From positions 384,001 through 448,000 of the forward strand of contig JBPOGH010000001.1 of the NCBI GenBank assembly GCA_051252135.1: a stretch of 64,000 bases of DNA. The letters are read 5' to 3'. Below the pieces are notes generated by a model. It was not told the origin of the DNA and searched no databases. It worked only from the letters and a program-made list of their open reading frames with translations. This document shows, in pieces, positions 58,686 to 64,000 of the stretch (position 1 is the first letter of the stretch; the number at the start of each line of letters is the position of its first letter). The DNA comes from Verrucomicrobiaceae bacterium. GTDB taxonomy: Bacteria; Verrucomicrobiota; Verrucomicrobiia; Verrucomicrobiales; Akkermansiaceae. The translations under genes and the position numbers were made by a program.

Positions 58686-59438
58686 ATTTCCGACCAAAAG
58701 AGTAGAATCGTTGGCATTATCCCGGCCCGTTGGGCCTCCTCCCGCTTCCCCGGAAAGCCCCTCTTCCCGCTTCTCGGCAAGCCCCTGCTTCAACACGTTT
58801 TCGAACGCGCAGCGCGATGCCACGAGTTGGATGAGCTTATCGTCGCAACGGATGACGACAGAATCATCGAACTCTGTGAAGCCATCGAGGCCCGGGTCAT
58901 CAGGACACGCGCCGACCACCCTACCGGAACTGATCGCATCGCCGAAGCCGCCGATGCTCTCGACGACGCAACTCACGTAATCAACATTCAAGGAGACGAA
59001 CCGCTCCTCGATCCCGCATTGGTCGACACCCTTGCAAAGACACTCCGCGATGATCTCACCCTACCCATGATCACCGCTGCTAGTCCGGTGACCGAGGATG
59101 CCCTGATTTGCGACTCCAATGTGGTTAAGGTCACCATCTCCGGAAATGGCAACGCCCTTTACTTCTCACGCTCCCCCATTCCATTTCGACGGGACCTAAC
59201 GACTCAGATCCCTACCTACCGGCACTTGGGCATATATGGGTATCGCACGGATTTCCTCCGCCATTTTGTGTCCCTTCCCCCTTCCGCCCTCGAAATCTGT
59301 GAAGGTCTCGAGCAACTCAGGGCCCTTGAAGACGGTGCCTGCATCCGTGTTCACATCACAGAACATGAGGCGATCGGCCTCGACTCTCCTGATCAAGTTC
59401 CCCTCATTGAATCCCTTCTCTCATCCACCCGCTCATGA
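58686..59438 (+). CDS. kdsB: CMP-KDO synthetase, probable ATT start
   Basis: In-frame [16 protein letters not shown] lies upstream of the ORF-track start. Also [32 protein letters not shown] and [10 protein letters not shown]. 250 aa from ATT. Confidence 0.93.
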   Translation: MSDQKSRIVGIIPARWASSRFPGKPLFPLLGKPLLQHVFERAARCHELDELIVATDDDRIIELCEAIEARVIRTRADHPTGTDRIAEAADALDDATHVINIQGDEPLLDPALVDTLAKTLRDDLTLPMITAASPVTEDALICDSNVVKVTISGNGNALYFSRSPIPFRRDLTTQIPTYRHLGIYGYRTDFLRHFVSLPPSALEICEGLEQLRALEDGACIRVHITEHEAIGLDSPDQVPLIESLLSSTRS

Positions 59439-61039
59439 AATACATTTTTGTCACCGGAGGAGTCGTATCCTCTTTAGGAAAAGGACTTGCCGCAGCATCT
59501 ATTGGCACTCTCCTTGAGCACCGCGGGCTCAAGGTTCTTCTCCAAAAATTTGACCCCTACCTGAATGTCGATCCCGGCACGATGTCCCCCTACCAACACG
59601 GAGAGGTCTATGTCCTCGATGATGGAGCGGAAACTGATCTGGACTTGGGCCACTATGAGCGCTTTACCAGCACGCCCCTATCCCAAATTAACAGCCTTAG
59701 CTCGGGCCAGGTGTTTGAAAACGTCATCAAAAGGGAACGACGTGGCGACTACCTCGGCAAGACCGTTCAATTCATTCCTCACGTTACCGACGAAATCAAA
59801 GATCGTCTCAACCTCGCCACCGAAAAAAACCCGGATGTCGATGTCATCATCACCGAGATCGGCGGCACCGTCGGCGACATTGAAGGACATCTTTTCCTCG
59901 AGGCCCTGCGACAATTTGCTCAGGAGGCAGGACGCAGCAATGTCTGCTTCATTCACGTCACCCTTCTCCCGCTCGTTCGCGCTGCCGGCGAAATTAAAAC
60001 CAAACCAACCCAGCAATCGGTAGCCAAGCTCCGTGAGATTGGAATTCAACCGGACATCATCATCTGTCGCACCGAGCACGACCTCGATGAAGAGAACAAG
60101 GCCAAAATCGCCATGTTCTGCAACGTTCCCAAACCCAATGTCGTCGCCTTCCGTGATGTCGAGAACACCATCTACGAATGTCCTCTCGACCTTCGTAAAG
60201 ATAAGATCGATCGTTTGGTCACCGACGTCCTCGGACTCAAATCAAACAAACCCGACCTCAGCGCCTGGGAGGATTTTGTCGATCGTATCGTCAATCCCAC
60301 CAGTGAGATCAATGTTGCCGTGGTTGGCAAATACATCGAGCTTCAGGACGCATACAAGTCCATCTACGAATCCCTCACCATCGCAGGGGCCGCTCACCGG
60401 ACCAAAGTCACCCTCACCCGGGTGGATGCCGAAGATATTGAGAAATCTTCAGCAGCCGAAGTAATCGGAAAAGTTGATGGCATCCTCATCCCCGGCGGCT
60501 TCGGCGACCGAGGTACCGAAGGGAAAATCGAAGCCGCCCGCTACGCGAGAGAAGGCAAGATTCCCTTTTTCGGCATTTGTCTTGGAATGCAGATCGCCAC
60601 CATCGAGTTCGCTCGCAACGTCTGCGGACTCGAGGGGGCAAACTCCACCGAATTCAGTAAAGACAGCGCCCATCCCGTCATCTGTCTTCAGGAGGAGCAG
60701 CAAGGGATTACTGACATGGGGGGGTCTATGCGCCTCGGTTCCTGTGAGTCCATTGTCGTCGCAGGAACCAAGTCCTCCGACCTATACGGAGGAGCCGACC
60801 GCATCCATGAACGCCACCGTCACCGCTATGAATTCAACTCCGACTATCAGGACCGCCTTCAGGAAGCCGGACTGGTGATCGCCTCGGTGTCCGCCAATGA
60901 AGGATTGGTCGAAATCATCGAGAATCCGGCACACCCATATTTTCTTGCTGCCCAGTTCCACCCGGAGTTCAAATCAAAGCCAAACAAGCCTCACCCCTTA
61001 TTCTCCGGTTTTATTGAAGCTTGCTTGAAGAACTCATGA
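59435..61039 (+). CDS. pyrG: CTP synthase
   Basis: [41 protein letters not shown] and QFHPEF. Confidence 0.97.
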   Translation: MKYIFVTGGVVSSLGKGLAAASIGTLLEHRGLKVLLQKFDPYLNVDPGTMSPYQHGEVYVLDDGAETDLDLGHYERFTSTPLSQINSLSSGQVFENVIKRERRGDYLGKTVQFIPHVTDEIKDRLNLATEKNPDVDVIITEIGGTVGDIEGHLFLEALRQFAQEAGRSNVCFIHVTLLPLVRAAGEIKTKPTQQSVAKLREIGIQPDIIICRTEHDLDEENKAKIAMFCNVPKPNVVAFRDVENTIYECPLDLRKDKIDRLVTDVLGLKSNKPDLSAWEDFVDRIVNPTSEINVAVVGKYIELQDAYKSIYESLTIAGAAHRTKVTLTRVDAEDIEKSSAAEVIGKVDGILIPGGFGDRGTEGKIEAARYAREGKIPFFGICLGMQIATIEFARNVCGLEGANSTEFSKDSAHPVICLQEEQQGITDMGGSMRLGSCESIVVAGTKSSDLYGGADRIHERHRHRYEFNSDYQDRLQEAGLVIASVSANEGLVEIIENPAHPYFLAAQFHPEFKSKPNKPHPLFSGFIEACLKNS

Positions 61040-62112
61040 GCGCCGAATGCCTCATCGTTGGTTTTTCGGGAACTACCCTGACACCAGAAGAAGAATCCCT
61101 CTTCAGGGACCTGCAACCTGCCGGATATATTCTGTTTTCACGGAACCTGGCCTCGCCCCTCCAAATCCGAGACCTCACCGATTCTCTCCGTAGTCTTCAT
61201 CTCGATCCTCCGTTCATTTCCATTGATCAGGAAGGAGGCCGGGTCTGGCGCACCCGGGAATTCAGTTGCGCTCCCCCTGATGCCGCCACTTTTTCAGCAA
61301 AAGCGGATTTCAAACAAACCGCTCGTTTTGGTGCCCTCACCGGCCAACTTCTCGAAATACTCGGCATCAATCTCAATTTTGCCCCTGTCCTCGACCTCGA
61401 CCATTTCCCCGATTTAAACAACGGCCTCCGCGGTCGCTGTTGGGGAAAAGACTCCCAACGGGTAATCGACTACGCCGGAAATTTTAACCGCTGGATGCGA
61501 AAACAAAATGTCCTCTCCTGTGGCAAGCACTTCCCAACCAACGGTCGCGCCTTAAGTGACCCGCACCATGATCTGCCAATCGCCGACATCTCCCTCGAGG
61601 AGTTATTAAAAGACGACCTTATCCCCTACACCGCCCTCATGCCGGAACTGGATGCCATCATGGCTTGCCACCTCAATTTCCCGCAGATCGACAACCAGTA
61701 TCCCGCTTCTCTCTCTCACACGATCCTCACCAGACTGCTCCGCGACCAATTGGGCTTCGACGGCCTGATACTTACCGACGATCTTGATATGGGGGCCATC
61801 GTAAATCACTACGGCAGAGGCAATGACATCCGCCTTGCAATCGAGGCTGGAGCGGACATCCCGATGGTCTGCCATCAAATTGAAACCCTCCGTGATGCTG
61901 TTCACGAGCTGAAGGCACTGCCAAGCGGACAGCTAGACGACTCACTTCGACGAATCGAAAAATACCGCCGAAAACTCAAACCACCCCCACCGTTCCAAAC
62001 GGATCGATGGGAGCAAATTAATGAGCACATGGCAGAGCTCACTCATGAGATCATTGGTCAGGATCGGTTCGACCCCGAGCGCCCAAACCAAAGCCCTGTC
62101 GAAGACTACTGA
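61036..62112 (+). CDS. nagZ: GH3 beta-N-acetylhexosaminidase (NagZ-like)
   Basis: [26 protein letters not shown]...DPH and [13 protein letters not shown] overlap with pyrG. Confidence 0.8.
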   Translation: MSAECLIVGFSGTTLTPEEESLFRDLQPAGYILFSRNLASPLQIRDLTDSLRSLHLDPPFISIDQEGGRVWRTREFSCAPPDAATFSAKADFKQTARFGALTGQLLEILGINLNFAPVLDLDHFPDLNNGLRGRCWGKDSQRVIDYAGNFNRWMRKQNVLSCGKHFPTNGRALSDPHHDLPIADISLEELLKDDLIPYTALMPELDAIMACHLNFPQIDNQYPASLSHTILTRLLRDQLGFDGLILTDDLDMGAIVNHYGRGNDIRLAIEAGADIPMVCHQIETLRDAVHELKALPSGQLDDSLRRIEKYRRKLKPPPPFQTDRWEQINEHMAELTHEIIGQDRFDPERPNQSPVEDY

Positions 62113-62759
62113 CCGGTTTTCACTCCGCTTGGACCAAGCTTCCCCCATGTCATGATCCCCTCCGTTTTCGGAATCTCATCGATTTCAATTTTCCGATAAC
62201 ACGCTTCAAATGGAGCTCCACTGTGAGCCTGAAGCGCGATCAAACCTTCCAATGGAATGTTCTCGTCCTTCTCTGTAAAATCAACCGTCAGAATCCCATT
62301 CAACCAAAGTCGGATGCGCGGTCCCTCGCAACGGATGCGGTAATCATTCCACCCATCTCTGACCGCTGATTTTGCCTCATCGCTCACATAGTCCCCCACA
62401 ATTTTTCGGCGACGGGACTCATCATAAAGTTTCCCCCAATAATTTTTCCCCATATCCGCCTGATACCCGATCATCTCGTGGTGATTGGGAATCCTCTCGC
62501 TTCGTATTTGGATACCCGCATTCGGGTTCTTACTCTGATGAGCCTCCAGCTTGACCTGGAGTCTTAATTCAAAATTGGAGAACCGTTTTTTGGTCGTGGC
62601 GAAGGTGTTGTGGCTCACCTTTTCAGTTGGAGAACCGGCATAGATGACCCCATCTTCCGAGCGCCACCATTTGCCCTCATCCTTCTGGACTTCAAAATCA
62701 GCAAAGGTCAATTCTCCGGCTCCAACCAAAGCTGGAATGAGTAACAGGATTTTCCACAT
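62106..62759 (-). CDS. DUF1080 (3-keto-disaccharide hydrolase-like) exported protein
   Basis: NFELRLQVK, NAGIQIRS, GYQAD, WNDYRIRCEG and GLIALQAH. Signal-like N-terminus. Confidence 0.82.
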   Translation of the reverse strand: MWKILLLIPALVGAGELTFADFEVQKDEGKWWRSEDGVIYAGSPTEKVSHNTFATTKKRFSNFELRLQVKLEAHQSKNPNAGIQIRSERIPNHHEMIGYQADMGKNYWGKLYDESRRRKIVGDYVSDEAKSAVRDGWNDYRIRCEGPRIRLWLNGILTVDFTEKDENIPLEGLIALQAHSGAPFEACYRKIEIDEIPKTEGIMTWGKLGPSGVKTGQ

Positions 62760-62761
62760 GA

Positions 62762-64000
62762 CTAAAATACAACTTCGGTTCCCAACTCGGCCACTTCAAC
62801 ATCGCCTCCGTGAATTTCACGAAGCGCCTCACAAAGCGCATTGGATCGCGTAGGCTCTCCATGCACCAGCCAAACCTTCTTTTTGGATCCCTTGATATTT
62901 TGGAAATATTCCAGTAGCTCCGAGTGATCGGCATGACCCGAAAAGGAATCCATGATTTCAACATTGGCTCTCAATTTGAAGTAATCGCCAAAGATTCTCA
63001 CCTCTTCATCACCATTCCGGATTTTTGCTCCCAAGGTATTTTCAGCACAGTATCCCACAAAGAGAATCGTATTCTTGGGGTCCTCAATGCTATTTCGCAA
63101 ATGATGCAAAATTCGGCCCGCTTCGCACATTCCTGACGCCGAGATGATAATTGCTTGCTGGTCGTTGGCATTGAGCTCCTTTGACTTGTCCACCGAGCGG
63201 ATCAGCGTCAAACCTTCAAAGCCAAATGGGTTTCTCTTCTCGAACAGAAAGTTGTATACCTCTTCATTAAAACACTCCGGATGCAGCCTGAAGATCTCGG
63301 TCGCATTTACCGCCAGCGGACTATCCACATACACCGGAACATTCGGTATTTTTCCCTCTTCGAACAACTGATGAAGCACGAAAAGCAGCTGTTGGGTTCG
63401 CTCCACTGCAAACGAAGGAATAATCACCTTCCCCCCTTTCTCGAGAGCCCGCCGGAGAATGACTGCCACCTTTTCATCAGCGTTCGTTCCCAACTCATGC
63501 TCGCGCCCTCCGTAGGTGGACTCCATCAACAAAAAATCGACGTCTTCACATCCGACCGGGTCCCGTAATAGATCGTTATCACCCCGTCCCACATCACCGG
63601 AAAATAAGAGCCGTTTCTTTTTCCCTCCATCATCCTCGTCTTCGATATCGAGGACCACCTGGGCACTCCCCAAAATGTGCCCTGCATCAATGAAAGTAAG
63701 CGTCACCCCTTTTCCAATGATCATCTTGCGATTGTATCCCACGTTCACAAACTGGCGGAGACACAACTCGGCATCAATTGGGGTATAGAGTGGTTCAACC
63801 AATGGCTTGCCATCCTTCTTGCGCCTCTTGTTTACCCACTCGGAGTCCGATTTCTGAATCCGGGCCGAGTCGGCCAGCATGATCTGACAAAGATCACGGG
63901 TCGCAAAAGTCGCGTAGATATTCCCATCAAACCCCTTACTGGAGAGGTTGGGCAAGTTTCCCGAATGATCGATGTGCGCATGGGAAAGCACGACTGTATC
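62762..64000 (-). CDS. MBL-fold/beta-CASP metallo-hydrolase (putative RNase), 5' end outside the window
   Basis: LSHAHIDHSG, AGHILGS, FSGDVG, MESTYG, ASGMCEAGRI and FSGHAD. Confidence 0.9.
   Translation of the reverse strand, partial: DTVVLSHAHIDHSGNLPNLSSKGFDGNIYATFATRDLCQIMLADSARIQKSDSEWVNKRRKKDGKPLVEPLYTPIDAELCLRQFVNVGYNRKMIIGKGVTLTFIDAGHILGSAQVVLDIEDEDDGGKKKRLLFSGDVGRGDNDLLRDPVGCEDVDFLLMESTYGGREHELGTNADEKVAVILRRALEKGGKVIIPSFAVERTQQLLFVLHQLFEEGKIPNVPVYVDSPLAVNATEIFRLHPECFNEEVYNFLFEKRNPFGFEGLTLIRSVDKSKELNANDQQAIIISASGMCEAGRILHHLRNSIEDPKNTILFVGYCAENTLGAKIRNGDEEVRIFGDYFKLRANVEIMDSFSGHADHSELLEYFQNIKGSKKKVWLVHGEPTRSNALCEALREIHGGDVEVAELGTEVVF

Overview
Core chromosomal window of a PVC-superphylum bacterium, most likely Verrucomicrobiota. 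This rests on the PVC signature small basic protein, mcsA-mcsB-clpC, kdsB-pyrG linkage and a probable PTPDL-family protein. Left to right it carries guaB-guaA, topB, a six-gene RDD/SpoIIM/DUF4129/DUF4350/MoxR/DUF58 operon, tRNA-Thr(TGT), a GbsR-type regulator heading a membrane/MBOAT/TIGR01777 operon, acs, mpl, mcsAB-clpC, hpf, a pilB-pilB-pilC-pilin cluster, 7TM-HD/ybeY, infA, a large TerB-like/ABC fusion transporter, an orphan ParA pair, hisBH, dnaA-dnaN and kdsB-pyrG-nagZ. I saw no mobile elements, prophage or CRISPR. The most notable signals are missing from the ORF track. First, two conserved genes (infA and kdsB) have no ATG/GTG/TTG able to give a full-length protein and appear to start at ATT/ATC. 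Second, a TTTCAG-N6-CTGAAA palindrome occurs twice and marks a probable autoregulated GbsR-family regulon that contains an unannotated 28-aa cationic ORF. Third, there is a DnaA-box cluster upstream of dnaA. All family calls come from motif recognition by eye, not database searches.
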